Below, in pieces: positions 24,201 to 39,200 of a stretch of DNA of 64,000 bases. A program made the position numbers and the translations under genes. Below the pieces are notes generated by a model. It made no database searches. It worked only from the letters and a program-made list of their open reading frames with translations, and had not been told where the DNA came from. Source of the DNA: Amoebophrya sp. A120 (Eukaryota; Protista; Dinoflagellata); contig CAJINV010000001.1 in NCBI GenBank assembly GCA_905178155.1, positions 4,692,747-4,756,746 on the forward strand, in the 5' to 3' direction. The number at the start of each line of letters is the position of its first letter. Within the stretch, counting starts at the first letter, position 1.

Positions 24201-27200
24201 GTGACTAGAAAAGAAACGCACATGTGATGATGTATGTTCCACAAAAACTTTGAAAACAGGTGGTGCAAAGTTTGATTGCGCGGAGCTGTTGTCGCAGGAG
24301 ACCGTCGCTCTGATCGGCGAATACCCCTCCACCTCTTGCACCTGGAAGGATGACACGAGCGCGGGCGAAACGCTGGAGGTCGAGTTCGGTACGGAGTACA
24401 CACTGAAACTGGGGGACGAGATCTCCGTGCTTGCCAACAAGGTATTTGCCAAGCCCATTTGCAGCACTCCGGGTGACTACAGCACCTGCGAGTTCTCCCC
24501 GGCCGCGGTCGGTGAGGGTGCCATCGTGTCGCTGCCCGACCCGCTGCTGCCGCCCATCGTGGTGGTGGAGCCCACCGACGGTACGTTCTCCATCGATGAG
24601 TGTAGTTCCATCGAACTGCGAGCAGATGAGACCAAGCGAACAGGTGGTACAGCGGAGTACTTGTGGGAGCTCGACGCAAGTGACGGCGTTCCATACACGA
24701 GTTTGAACACGGTACTTTTTTCGTACAAGTAGCGCAAATAGTTTTTGATTTTGCTATAGTCACGACAGGCCGCAATTACAATTAGAAATTGTATCCTCTG
24801 TGGTTCGAGTTCGAGTACCGGTTGTTTCTCTTTCCTGTTGCAACAGCTCCAAGAAAACATCACCGCAACCATGAATCGAAAAACACCAGGTTTCGACGGC
24901 GATGAACCAGACACAGTACTCGATTTTGCAGTCCACGCTGGCGAACGAGCAGACGGGTAAGCTGTTCATTTGCGTGGAGTGCATGCCGCAGGGGTTTCGG
25001 TACAAGATGAAGGTGACCGTGACGTCCCGGTGGGGCTACTCGTCCACGCTGTCCTTCGTGGTGGAGAAGGCGGACTACCCCGCGCCCACCATCCGGACCG
25101 GGTCGTGGTCCTCGCCGACCATCCGCACCACGTCGCAGGCGCTGCGCATCGAGACCGAGATCCGGCAGAGTAGTTGCGCCGTGGGGAACCAGCAACTCGC
25201 GTGCGAGTGGAGCTGCGCGACCCACAACCCGGACTTTACGACCTCCGGCCCCACGGCGTCCCTGCCCTGCGACAACAGCCTCTTCAACGCGGAGAAGCTG
25301 CAGTTCCCGGTGCAGGGCCAGGTGTTGGTGATCCCCAGGTACACTTTAACCCCGCCGGTCTATTCGGCGGACGACATGGCGGCGGGGATTACGAAATACC
25401 ACGAGTACACGTTCCAGATCCTGTGCGTGGTGGTCCAGTCCGCGACGGACGTGATCCAAGCCGGCGACGCGGCCCAGGCCAGCGCGCAGAACGCCGCCGA
25501 GAACGTGATCATCCGCGTGGAGCGGTCCAACGTGAAGGCGATTCTGTTCCCGGCGGGCACGGAGTTCCCGCAGAAGGCGACCACGATGGCGTTGAACGCG
25601 CGGTTCACCATGGACCCGGACATGGAGGAGGTGTACGCCTGTCTGCTGAACCCCGGTTCCCTGGCTTGCGACACCTATCCTATGTAAAAACGTCCCCACC
25701 CCATAGTTGTCATGCAAATCTGCATGCTCGGAATGTTTCTCATGCGGAGCCCCATGACAAGCGTTTTCTAGTCGTATTTTGGAATTTGTAATGCTCCAAT
25801 CCGCATGGTAGGCTAGATCTGTAATGCTGCTGAACAAGCTATACAGGACCACACTACGAGGACAAATTTGTCATGCGAAACAACAAAAGCTGGTTGATTT
25901 GTGTAGCAGATTCCCCATCTTGACTCTGGTGTAGGGACGCTTTTAATCAGGATACCACCATCCCCATGTTCGAGGGCGACTTCACCTTCCGGTGCTGGAA
26001 GGTGACGCCGGTGGTGCAGGGCGCTGGCGACGAGGCCGCGGGCGTGGTCGAGTGCGCCGGCGGGGTCTACGTGCTGCGGGACGTGAACTCCGTCTGCCCG
26101 GCCGGCTTCGAAGTGCCGGACGCGCAGGGTTGCGAGGAGGCAGCCACGCAGTGCGGATCGAGCTGGAACGGCTTCGACGCCAACTCGCCCGCAGAGTTGA
26201 CGGGCTGCTTCCAGCGCACCGTGGAAAATGATGTGCAGTTCAACTCCTTCACGCCGAACGCGCTCGTCGACGGGGCGGCAGACAGAAAGCCAATCTGTCT
26301 GAATGGTATTAATTCAAATTTTGATTATATTGGTTGTTTGCGCACGATTTTTGATCGTTAAATGGTTTGGGGAAAGTCCTCTGAAGCGCGAATTGGTATT
26401 CTGATTTAGTGATTGTATACCCAGGGTGGACCACCTTAGCAAGAACATTATGTTTATGCTGGCAATTAAAAACTTCAGATGCTGTCTTGACCTCTGCAAC
26501 CGCGACCACGACGATGCTGGGTACCACCGAGTCCACTTCCACCGGAACTATGATGTCCCCATGCTTCACGTTGGGACTCGGGCCGGGGGGCAACCCGAAC
26601 TTTCTCTACCAGGTGCTGACCAGCGGCGAAATCGACAACTGGAAGCTGCGAAACTACGACCCAACTGAGGTGTGTACGCGTCGCGGCGGGGAGGACATCC
26701 CGCCGCTGGACATCGGGTACAACGTTCAGATAGACCAGGTGTCCTTCACGCAGGGCGACCCCACGGCGACACCGCCCGTGTTGCCGCAGAGTTACTGCTA
26801 CTACGAGGAGGGGTTGCTGCTGGTAGAAACCAACAAGATGGAGCTCTCGCGCAACGAGCAGTTCTACACCTTCCAGGTCGAAGCGCGGCACGACGACGGA
26901 CGCACGGCCACGGACAGTGCCGACGTCTACATCGTGGATCGGTTGGTCTTGCAGGTCTTCCTGAAAGAGATCCGCAACGACCCGGATCTAGCGCAGTTGC
27001 CCTTGACCTCGGTCTACCAGGATGTCACGCTGGAGGGTAGTATCTCCAAGGACCCGAACTTCGACGGCGCAAACTACTACTACCGCTGGGAGATCTACAA
27101 GAAGCAGAGTGGCGGGAATGAGTATTGAAGTTTGATCTATCATGGATCGATTTGATGCTACATGGTACTTGTGATATGCAGATGCACGTTCTGCCGCGTG

Positions 27201-30200
27201 ATTTGCATTTGCTGTTGCAGTCAGTTCGAATTCAATCACTCAATTTTTCTGTTTTTCTTTCGTATCAGGTTTGTGACGGAGTGGAAGAACGAGACGGATA
27301 GTTTCACCTGGACGGACAAGGCCATCATTGAGTGGGATGTCGAGAAAACGTCGCGCATTACGTTTCACTTGGATCCCAACTCGTTCGAGGTGCCACTGTC
27401 CACCCAGCTGCAGCGGTCCACCGAGTACAAGATCATGCTGCACGTGACGGCGATCGTGCTTTCCGGGCAGTACGAGGGCACGTACTTTGGCAAGGCGCAA
27501 AAGATCGTGCGCACCGCTCCCGGGCCCCCGATTCGTGGTGGGTTCGTGATAAAACCGGACTTCTACACGTTTCCCGACGACCTACTAGCGAATCCACAGA
27601 CCAATTTCGCGTTCGACGCGCCGCAGTGGCGCGCGGACTCGTCGTTATCGGGGGGCACGGCGGACTCGGAGCTGACCTATTCCTTCGGGTTCACGCCGGT
27701 GTCGGCCACCGGACAGGCGTCGGCCACGGTGTGGCAAGTCGAGGGGCAGTCGTCCACGCACTTCGAGATCCCCGCGAACAAGATCACGTACGACGGGCAG
27801 GAGACGCTGATCGCCAACCTGAAGGTCTGCACTGTCTACAAGGTTTGCGCGTCCACGGACGTCACCATGAACATGAACTTCAACGAGCAGGCGACCTACG
27901 AGGAGATCCGCACGGCTCTGCTCCCGGAAGAGACGGACCCGCAGCAGATGATCGCGGCGCAGACCACCGTGGAGGGGATCCGCACCCGGCTCACCACGCA
28001 GCAGTACGACTCGCTGCAGAGTGACTTCCGGAACTCGGTGAAACTGTTCAACTACGCCGAGATGGACACCGCGGACCTGGGGTCGGCGCTGCAGGCTTTG
28101 GCTTCGGCCACCTCGTCCATTTCGGACCTGGCGGACCCCACGGCGAAGAACTCCGAGAATTCGGACCTGTTGGACGCCACGGGCGCGGCGCTGGACAGTT
28201 TCGTCGGAAACCCGTCGCCGGATATGGCCAACGCGCTCGTCAACACCATGTCCAACATGTACGCGGCGACCGGCGGTCAGGGCGCGGCCGCCGGGGTGGG
28301 GCGAAGGTAAATATTGCATTTGCACATCCCTGCGACCTGTAGTTTTCTTGCACGCGGTTTCATTGCTGCATGTATTTTACATGGTCTCCTGAATTTAAGA
28401 TTTGCAGCGTTTACGTGTTTGTGCAGGACAGAGAATAAAATTCAAAGTCTTTTCATCACATCACAACACAGGCTCGAGGTTATCGAAATGCTGTCGGAAT
28501 ACGAGGACGAATATGGTGAGGACTTACTTGAGACACTCGAGAAGCACGAGTCCTTTCCGCACGTCGCCTCGGCGGAGAAGGATCTCGGCAAGCAGAAGCT
28601 GCTGGAGGCGACCGAGGACTTGAAGAAGGCGTCGCCGGAAGCCTTGCGCAAACTGCACGAGGAGTTGGCGCAGGTCCTCACTCCGGAGGAGCTCACCATG
28701 GTGTTCGCAGGCACGCAGAACGACCGGGGCGTCCAGATTGGCTTCAGCAGCGACGGCGAGGAGCTGCGCCAGATCGGGCACGACGCGCTGCAGGCGAACG
28801 AGTTCAAGATGCACCCGGGCAGCTCGCTGGAGAGCCGCGTGGAGCACGGTCCCTCGGTCGGGTCCAGCACGCGACGGGCACTCTCCGCGCAGGGGCACGA
28901 CATCGTGAAGCGCATCAGCGAGCAGTACGGGCGGCGGTTCTCGCGGCGCGAGTTCGAGAAGAGGTTGCGCATTCTGCGGGAACTGGATTCCCTCGGCTAC
29001 CACATTCCGGTGCAGGTGTCCGACGGCGTGTCCACCAAGAGCGACATCTGGAAGAAGTTCCGGAACCCCGTCCCCACAGTGTTGGACGACCGTGGCCTGC
29101 CCAAGTACCTCGTGTCTACGGCGCAGATGCGGGCGCTCGAGGCCAAGGAGCAGGTGCGGGGCGAGTTCGGCTCCTCGCTGGTGCAGCACCGGCCGCGGCG
29201 GGCGCCGGGGCACAACCACGAGCAGCCGGGTCCGCGCGACCTGTACCTCCACATGCCGCGGGGCAAGAAGTGCGACTTCTGTGGCGTCTATCGAACGCCG
29301 CTGCCGCTGAAGGACGACGACGGCAAGTTCGAGCCGTACGGGAAATACGAGGAAAGCGACATGAAATACCTGCTCGAGCGAGACAATCCTGACGGTTCCA
29401 AGCGGCCTTTCACGCTGGTCTGGAACCGCACCGCGAGCGTGTACCAGGTCGTGGAGGTGAGGCGGCGCAGGATCATCGCACAGACAGTCAACACGGGCAT
29501 GATGACGGAAGCTCTGGCGGGCACCTCCTACCAGACCGGTGGGGCACCTTCATCGCGAAGACTCGGAGAGACGGGCGAGCAACCAACCGGCACGGCCGTG
29601 TCGCTGTTCGGCCACAAGGCGGACGAGGAAAACCGACGAAAGCTGTCCATGGCAGTCGGCGGTCCACTTCTGTTGCGCAACCCAGAGGCCCTGCAGTGGA
29701 ATCCGGAGAGTCTGAAGGTCCGGCCGGTGCCGCAAGTGATCCACGACTGCGAGTCTTCCTTCTGCGATAACCTCGGTCTGCTGTGCCTGACCCGCTCCCT
29801 CCGCGCTCGCATGGTAGGCGGGCCGGTCTGGGGCCGGGAACGCACGCGGTGGCAGTGCTGTGCGGAGAAGAACCCGCATACACTGTGCAACAAGCCGCCC
29901 TGCTGGCACGAGCAGCGGTGTCCGCGCTCCTCCGAGGAGATGCGGCGGGAGCTGGAGCTGAAGCAGAAGCGCGACCTGCGCAATCTCCGGGGCGAGATGG
30001 CGGCGGCGCGCTCCCGGCGCTCCACCGGGAACAGCATTTCGGACATGTTCGCCGGCTCCCTCGGCGCCACCAGCTCCGCCGAGAAGCACCGCGCCAAGGA
30101 AAAGCGCATGCGGCGGCTGGAGGAGGCGATGCTGAAGGAGCAGCAGGAGGTTTTGGACGACAGCGCAGTCGCAAAAAGCACAAACTGGTTCACGCGCTGG

Positions 30201-33200
30201 ATGGAGGACGAACACCGCCGGAACACCACGGTCGGACGCATGTGGAAGCGGCTCAACTTCACCGAAGCCAACTCCCCGTTCTCTTTCGCGGACCGCGCGC
30301 GCGCCTACGAGCTGTACAGCGAGAGTGAGTCGCGGCGCCTGCAGATGGCGACCAACCTGCAGGCGGACATGACCATGAGCCAGCTGCAGACCATCGCCTT
30401 CGTGGAGAAGTTGGAGCTGCCGCTCCTCGCCGAAGCCAGGAGACAGAAGCTGTCGCGGGACATCTCCATGCAGTCCGCGTCGCTGATCGACGCGAAGCAG
30501 GAGATCGAGTACAACTCGCTCGAACCCACGCAGGCCGCCAGCATGCGGGAGAACGACATCCAGCGGATCGAGGCCGAGCGGCGGGTCAACATGGACACGC
30601 GGCGGAACATCTCCCAGGCGCTCACGCGGCTGTCGATTTACCGCGACCGCCTGGTCCGGGCCATGATCCCGGGTTTGGTCACCAACGCGCGAACGCCGCT
30701 GCAGTTCGACACGCCGATGTTCATGATGGACGTGGGGAAGGTGACGAACATGAGCGACGTGACCACCGCGTTCGTGTTCCCCTCCGAGTTCATCGTGCCC
30801 TCGGACGCGCCGGACGAACCCACGTCGACGAACAACCAGACGGCGCTCGCCTTCCAGTTCGTGCAGTACAAGGAGAACATCTACTACTGGAGTCCCTCCA
30901 ACCCGAGCAACCAGCAGTCCGCGGTGATCACACTGCTGATGTTCTACGCGAACGCGCAGCAGTATGGGAGCGTCAGGTTTGAAATCGACAAAGTTGAAAT
31001 GATTTGTCATGCATAAAATGCATACCAGTTGGAAACCCAATTTCTAAGCGGCGCATGACAAATTTTCCGAGCACCGAAATCCAATTTGTCATGCTGTTTG
31101 GACACAGACGACTGCTTTTGTCATGCTCCTTTAGCAGCTCTACTTCAAACCCTAAACAGGCTGACACGCGGCCTCACTTGCCATCCCGGCAAGACAGGCA
31201 CTTCATGCCTTGCATTTTATGCATGACAAATCCGTAGCCATTTTGGCTCAAGAAGCTAGCATCTGTCTATAGTCAAAATAAGAACTCTGACCCAAAGCAG
31301 AAAACAAAATAATGTGGTCGGTCGCGCCCGGTGCCAACGAGGACACCACTCGCGTAGGAGCCGCCCTGGAGGCTCTCCGCAACGATGTCGCGCACTTACA
31401 AAAACGGACCCGCGTAGCGATAAGGTGCCCCGACGTGTTCCACGAGGGGCAAATGCAGAGAAACACCAACGTCACAAACAAGGCAGAAATCCTAAGGCAG
31501 CTGTCTACAGTAATGGGTCGCGCATCAATGGGCAAGTGCCAAGATGGTGGCTCGTGGTCGCGAGAGCAGACCGACTTCTTCCGAACCCAGACGGAAGCCG
31601 TGGCGGAGTTGTTCACCGAAATCGCGCAGGCGCCGATGACCGTGCAGCACATCCGCATGACAGGGAACAATTGGGGCGAAATCCAGATGGCACCGACTTC
31701 CGCCCTGCAGAACCTGCTTGATTACGCCATCATAGAGTCCCTCAACGTAACTGGCAAGTTCAACAGTCCAGAAATTCACATCAGAATGCCTAGGGCGCCG
31801 ACCAAGAACGGCAAGGGCAAGGGAAAGGGAAAAATCTCCAACAGCAGCGACAACCCAAACCATCTGCCAGTTGGAGGGATCAAAGGAGCAGGAGCAGTGG
31901 TGCTAACGAGCCGCAGCGAAGTTGCAGCAAGATCGGGGATGAGGTCTAGGCGCCGCCAGTCGCGCAGCAGACGTCGGGAGTCTCGCAGCCGCCGGAAGTC
32001 GCGCATCCGGCATGCCCACCGCCACAGCCGTCGCTCCGGCAGCCGCGGTCGCAAATCTTCTTCAGCAAACAAGCAGTCAGACGACAGAGTCTTGCAGGAC
32101 AAGGAGCGCAACAAGGAGCGCAGCTCAGCCAACGGCGGGGAAGCCCGGGCACAAGATCAGCATCAGAATAAGCGGGTCGCAAGCGCGTCTCGATCACATG
32201 GAGAAGGAGCGGGGGCAGCAAAAAAGCAGAGGGTCCACAAGTCGCCGCGCGGCGAGTCCGGCGTCCAAGAAGAGGAAGGGGACGTCGGCGGCAGAAAATC
32301 CCTACCGCAAACTGGAGCCGAGAACGGCGGCCCCGGTACCGCAATCACATTAGCCGAGCTACAATCAGCCCTGGACAATGCAGGCCTGGCCGACGAAAAA
32401 CTGGCGACCAACGTGCGGAACTTATTTAGCAAAGCAGACCAGAGTAAGTCGCCGGCGCTTTGCGAAGCCCTGCAGCACTACGCGACAGAGGTCGACGGTG
32501 GCGACGCGAACCAGCCCCAGAAGCCCAGAACTGCAGCCGAGAGACAGGTCCTGAGGAAATGCGTAGAACAAGCAATCAAAAGTTACGGAGCCGCCCCTCC
32601 AAGCCACGCCCCCACCCCGTCACAGCTGATAATGCCTCCGCCGCGGTTCCCGCCGCCCCGACGCGAGATTCCCCCGGCCGCTAAGGAGACAGGCCAGCAT
32701 CAAGCCGTCTCGGGCGAGAACAATTCCGCGTCGAGCGAAGCCGCAAAACAAGCTACCACATCAAGCGGAGGCGCAAGCGACATTCAGGCCGCCGCCGAAG
32801 GCCCTGCAGCGGTGTCGCCCGTTATCGTGTTGCCGACCACAAGCGAGGAGGAATCCTCCTCGGAATGCACGGACTCTTCGTCGCAAGCAGTGCCCACCGG
32901 CGCCGAAGCAGCTGCTGGCGCGAAAGAATCTCCGGCTGCATCGGAGGAAACGCGCCTGAAACCCGAAGCGGACCTCGCAGAAAATCCGACCGACGAGCAA
33001 AAAGGGCGTCGAAGCGCCGGGCCAGCGGCGGAGAAACGGGAAAGCCCCCGAGCGGCGGAACTGGACGTGCAGGCGGAGTATCTGTTCATAGAGAATTCCG
33101 AACTCGAAGGGAGAATCACCAAAACGGTTGCGGTGTTCGACCACAGTAACCAAATCTGGAGATACATAACCGACGAGGCTAGCGTGCGCAAAACCGAAGC

Positions 33201-36200
33201 CGCCCAGAAGCCGGGGCTTCGGATCGTCAAGATGGCCCCGGAGGAGTACATAGCGTCTCGCCGCAAGGAGATGCAGGAGGCCGCCGCACCAACCCAAACC
33301 AGTGGCGCCGCCAGCCCGTATACGTCGCTCCGCCGGGCTGCAGGGTACCAAGCCCCGCCGTCCCGCGCCCGCACCCAGGTTGGCGGCCTCGATGATAAAG
33401 AGGGAGCGCGCACCCAGGTAGACGACCAGCGACGGGGCTCCCATGATCGGCGCCGCCGCACAAGCAACCAAGGGCGCGGCCGCCGCCGCCCCGACAGCCG
33501 ATCTCCCCGCCGACGTTGCAGCATCAAGGCGTCGCGCGGCCGACCGGAGTCGAGACCACGTCGTCCGGGCAACCGCTCCCCGACTGCCCGCCGCCGGGAG
33601 TCAAAGCCGCGTCGTCGCCACCGCTCTTCCAGATCCCGGTCCCACCGCCGGGGCCGCAGCAATGCAGGGCGCCGGAGGCGCACCCAGTCCCCGAGAACCT
33701 CCAGTGCGAGAGCAGACAGTCGCCGACGCCCGGGAAGGCGAGAGAAGTAAGCGGCCCAGCGGACAGGGGAATGATAGAGCCGAAGTGAAGCTACCGAAGT
33801 GTTGCCGGATGATGAGGCCGAAGTGCCACCGAAAGAAGCAGATCGCATTAGAGCTTCAAGTTTTCCTCGGACACAAAAATCAATCTCTCTGCTGCAAATC
33901 AAAGTAGTGTCCGAAGGAAATCAAAATCGGTTGATGAAACTGCAAGCACTACGATCGCCAAATGAAGAGGATCTGCTTCCTCTACAATGAGCGACCCGAA
34001 TCGCTCTCGGAAAATGCGCGGTCGTCATCTCGAAAAGTGAACCTCTTAACAGAATGATACGGTCGTCATCTCGGAATATGATCCTTGCAACAGAGTAATC
34101 AAATGCTGAAAGTTCTGCCAAATGAAGAGCATATTCCGCGGAATGCATCGAGCTGCGATAAGCTGCCGTTCATTATACTCGAGGAATAAATGTGCTCAGA
34201 CACGGAAGAAGAGCTCCAAGGGGCAGCATCCTTCCCGATACTTCGCATGCCTGAAATAAATACAGACACAGGGAAGAGGAACTCAGTAAGTCGCAAGCCC
34301 GAGCTTGTCATGCGTAGTTGAAGTGCCAGCTCGTGTCATGCTAAGGGTAGTATCGCTCATTACTATTGCAACGCGGAAAGCCAGCTCGTGCCAAGCTAAG
34401 GCCAAGGGTAGTGTCGCTCACTAGTACTGCAACGCGGCAAAACCGGACCGACGTGTTCTCGAGCGCTGGAGCTATCTACCGTTCCCCTGAGCGTCCATAA
34501 GACGGTAAAAGCTGCGGCGAAGGTCGTGTTTGTCTTCAGACACGACGGCACGCGGGTCCAAACAGGAAAAATTCTTCTAGAACAGAGGGAAAAATCCAAT
34601 TTCAGGTCGTCCCTGGAGACGAACAGGCGGGAACTACGGGTAGCGCGCCAGCGACAGACCCCGGGCTCCGGAATGATCTAAACTGCGGCCCCGGCCCTTC
34701 CCGGCGGAGAGGGTTAAGAAACAGGGCGACGAGACGACCGGCCTCCTGCTAGCAGCCGCCCGCCACATCACGCGAAGCATCTACACGCGAAGCAGCGCCG
34801 CTTTCGTGTAGTGAGAAGAACCCGCCTGCCAGGCTTAATCACGGTGACCTAAATTCCACGACAAGGAATCCGTGCCCGGGCGATCGCAGATGGCTACTGT
34901 TCGCGGCCGAATGGTGGCAAGGCTAGAGGACCTCGCGCCGATCCTGGAGCACCCGGCCGTCCCTGCTCCTAATGCCCAACCTGATCAGCCTCCAGCACCA
35001 CCGCTTCCAGGGCCAGCGCGGGAGCCGGTCCCAGCCGAAGACGCGGCGACAGTACAGCCGAAGCACGCGTTCATCCTCAGAGCGGCTCTGGAGCCAGCCG
35101 GCACAAGGATGAAACTAGTTAAAGTCGTCCGGGCAGCATCGAAAAGACTCGCAGCCGGGCTGCGGGCAGCAAAAGAGCACCAGCTGCTCCTGGAAATGGG
35201 GCCACATTGTCACCGAGAACTCATGAACAAAGCCGCGAGCAGGAGCAGAGACGAGCAGAGCCGGGCGCAGCGGGGTGAAGTGGAGGAAACGGAGAGGATC
35301 ATCAGAGCAGGGTTGTGCATTCCCGGGAGCCCAATGTCCTACCACGACGAGATCGCGATGGCGGTGTGGCGAGCATGTTCGGCAAAAACCGGCCCGCTGG
35401 CTACCTGTCCAACCTCCTTCCCAGCGTACACGGGCGCGTGGCCGATGTGCGCAGCGGCCGACGACGGAGTCGCCCTCCGGAGAACAGACCACGCGTTCAT
35501 AGTCGACCCGCGCAACGGACTGCCAGACGGGTTAAAACGCGCTGCCTTCCCCGGCGGTGGGTACATCGCTGCAGACTGGCCCTCGTCCCCAAGTGCCTCT
35601 CTAGCCAGCGCCGGCATACGACACACCGGTAACCGCGTCGACATGGACTTCGCAAAAGCAAACGCCACGAAGGCGTTCGCGCGACGCCTCGAAGCGACGG
35701 CGAAGCAGTCGCATTTCTGGACAGCAGCGGACGGGAGGAAAGCAGCGGACGAACCAACAGAGGAGGACATGATCTGCGCGCCGGAGCGCCAAATCTCGAC
35801 GAGGAACATAGCAATCAACTCGGGCTGCAGGCACGGCAGATGCGCCGACTGTGTAGCCGAGGGACGCGCCCTTCTTCCGGTCTCCCGGCCGCACAACGAC
35901 ATAGTCCATCCCTACTTCGCGTCGTTTCTATCTGTCGAAAGCGTCCCAAAATCCGGCAAGCCCGCCGGCAAGTGGTTCCCGAAGGCAGGAGACCGAGGCG
36001 CAAGGCCACAAGCCGCCGATCCACCGGATCCAGCAGCGCCGGTATTTCTGTGGGTTCCGGCCGAGGCGGAAAGTCTCTTCTCTCCGGAAACGTGGCCGAC
36101 CAAGATGTGGAGGTGCACGCAGTGTGGCGAGGCATCCGGGCACGCAAGCATGATGCTGGCGCACGTCGTGCTCTGCCGCATAGGGCGGCTAGGGCGGCTG

Positions 36201-39200
36201 TCGGACACGGCACTAGCGAAGCTTACGGGCTGGGCCAGAGGGGAGCGATCCGGCCTGATCCGACATGGTCGCCTGATGGAACCGACGACAACTACCAGTT
36301 ACGACCTTGCTGCTCTTCGTCTGAATCTGTGCCACGCAATACCCCCGGAGGACCGCGAATGGTCAAAGAGCCGGCCGTTCATCCTGCTTGTTCTCAACGC
36401 ATCTCGGGGCCTTGCCACGCAATGGCCATGCCTCGTACACGAAATCCAAGCGTCGCAGGCGCTCGCGGTCGTCGTCTCCGAGGCCGATATCTTGACACCG
36501 GATATCCGCCCAAAGGTCCTGGACCTGCTCAACATAACGCTCCGCGGTCGGTATTTCATCTGGCAGTCGGAAAGGTCGCTCGTGCTGGTTGCGCACAGCC
36601 TCCGCCCTGCAGCACACGCCAAGGTGCAAGCGCTACCTGGCGCGCCGACCCTAGTGGCGATGCAGCTAGCCCACGACGACATCGCAGGAGAGCTGGTGGC
36701 CGGGTACTTGCCGCCAGCATCAACCGGCGACCGGGTCTCATTGCGAGAGCAGCAGCAGGCCGTAGTGAAGTACTTGGAAGAAGCGGGGCCCAGCGTCTGC
36801 GCCCTAGCGGGGGATCTCAACGTCAGCACCGGGGCAGTACTCGCGGAGCGCCCGAAGCGCAACGCCTTCCGGGACCAGATTACAGCCGCTGCAGAGCCGG
36901 CCGGGCTTCGCCCTTGCCTGGATCCGGGGGACGTTACCTTCCTCGCTGCAGACAGACAGCCCGACCTAGTCCTGCTCCGCCCCAGGGCCGCCTCCACGAA
37001 AATCGTCACCACCATCCAGACCCCCAAATTCCTGCCGGCAAACGCCAACTCCCACGAACGAATAGACTGCGAGCTGCGTCCCGCAGGCAGCCGGGAAGAG
37101 GAGGCGCGAGCCGCCCAGCCCCAGAAGCAGCTTCAGCCCGGCCTCGTCCGCCGATTTGTCTACCAATGGGCAAGCTTTCCACAGGACCTGCTCGACCGGG
37201 TACTTGCCCGAGCCCGCAAGGCCCTTGCCGATCCGGATCCGGACGAGGAGTTCACGAGCGCATCTCTGGGCCGGATCCTCCGCGCCGAAAACGCGCCGAA
37301 ACGGAAAGCCCCGATCCCCGCCGCGCACCTGACTCTCCTTCGCGGGGACGGAACCCTCTCACAATCAACTGCAGAATCCATGGAGGAGTTCCGGTGCAGA
37401 CTCCTAGAGGGCAAACCAGCCGGCCTGCGTCGCCCTCCAGAAGAGCAGCAATTATTGGAGGCTGAGATCCGCGCCATCATCGACCGCGCCCCAGATTGCC
37501 CGATAGAATGCACGCGAGACCTCGCAGCGAAGGCCCAGCGGAGACGAAACAAATCCGCCGCGGCGGGACAAGACGGCGTGCCTGCGGGTTTGCTGCTCGC
37601 AAGTTTCTCCCTCTGTTGGGCCATCTGCGCAGCCGTATGCGCGGCGCTAAACAACTTCTCCGAGCCGCCATGGAGCAAGCAATACCTTATCGCCTGGCTG
37701 TGGAAAAGCAGCAAGCAGGGAACTACGAAATTCCTAAGCCGTTTCTGGCGGCCTATCTCTCTTCTGAACGTGCAGGACAAATTTTGCGAAGCAATAATCT
37801 ACGAAATCGGCCTACCGCTACTCAGCGAATTCCATGACAACACAGCCTTCCACAAATCGTTATCTCCTGCCGTCGGCATTCTCCGCGCCCTACTCATCGC
37901 CATGCAGTCTTCGTCCAAATATGCCGCGTGCATAATAGGCGACATTCAGGGCGGCTTCGAAAACTGCTCCATGAAAGAGATCGTAGAAGTTTTAGCAAGC
38001 AGGGGGGCAAGCAAGCAACTGCTTACGGCGGTGGTGCATTGGATGACGGGCAGAACCATCCGGCTCCTGGTGGACGGTTGCATGTCTGCCACGATAGCCC
38101 TGGGAGAAGGCCTGGGGCAAGGCACGCTATTGAGCCCGGGATATTTCCGTATTGTCGTGGAGTCGTACCTGAACCAGCTCGGCCTCCGCTCAAACTTCCT
38201 GGAAGTGGTCACAGGCTATTGCGACGACATAGCGATATTCTGCACGGGCGAAACGGAGGCGGAAATCAAGGAGAAGCTACGAGACCGCGGGAACAAGCTG
38301 CTGCGGATGCCTTGGCCGGTGGCAGACTTCCGGATAGCCGTCCTGAGGTCCCCGGCTCATGCGAGCGGAGACGAGAAGGCCCTGGCCTCCTTCTTGCGCG
38401 GCTTCTCCGTCACGCTGGAGAACGGCCTGCGCCTCCAACCCCCAGAGATCGAAGTCGTCCTAGACAGTGACGCCTCCACCGCGGTACGGGTCCGGGGCCA
38501 AGGGAAGCGCTACAACAAAGCGGCCTACGCGGCGGTGCTGGGTGTGCCACTAACAACCAGCGGCGAAGCCTGGCGCAGCCATTTCGGCGATCTCCAGCGC
38601 CGCGTTTTCGCCTCCTCCACGGACACCAGCTCAACAGACGACTTCTCCCCCCTCGAGGGGGTCGACCATTTCCACCAGAAAATCTATAATGTCCTCCAGT
38701 ATATGTCGTCCGTGAAGTCCATGCTGTGCCCATCGGCCTTGGTAACTCTGGACGACATGGCCGAGAAGGCTCTCCGCCGAATCATGAAGATCAGCCCCAC
38801 AGCACCGGCATACTCTACTTTCCTTTCGGCGGGCGCAGTCGTCCCGTCAAGCGCAGCTCTAGCGGAGCGGACCGCGTTGTGCGCCCAGGCCATAGGGTTG
38901 GACGACAAGAACTTCGCGCGCGACATGACGGTGGGGGAGCTGTTCGACCTCCGGCGGCCGGGGTGGACCCATTTAAACATCAGCCACGAAAGACACCCTT
39001 CCGAACACCTGCCGGACGCGGTGCAAATAACAAACGCGGCTGCCACTTTCGAGAAGTACGGCCTTCCCCACGCGAAGGCCAACACGCCGGAGGTCGCAAA
39101 AATGCTGCGGGCCGACTTCGAGGCCCTGGAGCGGACACTGGGTCCGGGCCTCCTATGGGTCGCGACCGATAGTGGGGACGCCCCACCGACGCCGGGCGAG

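Noticed and set aside
31231-31311. SL RNA gene, with the LINE as an SL-gene-targeting element of the NeSL/SLACS type
   Set aside because: The SL is followed by aagc, not a splice donor or SL intron. It lies inside the target duplication, and no SL-gene remainder follows the 3' end.
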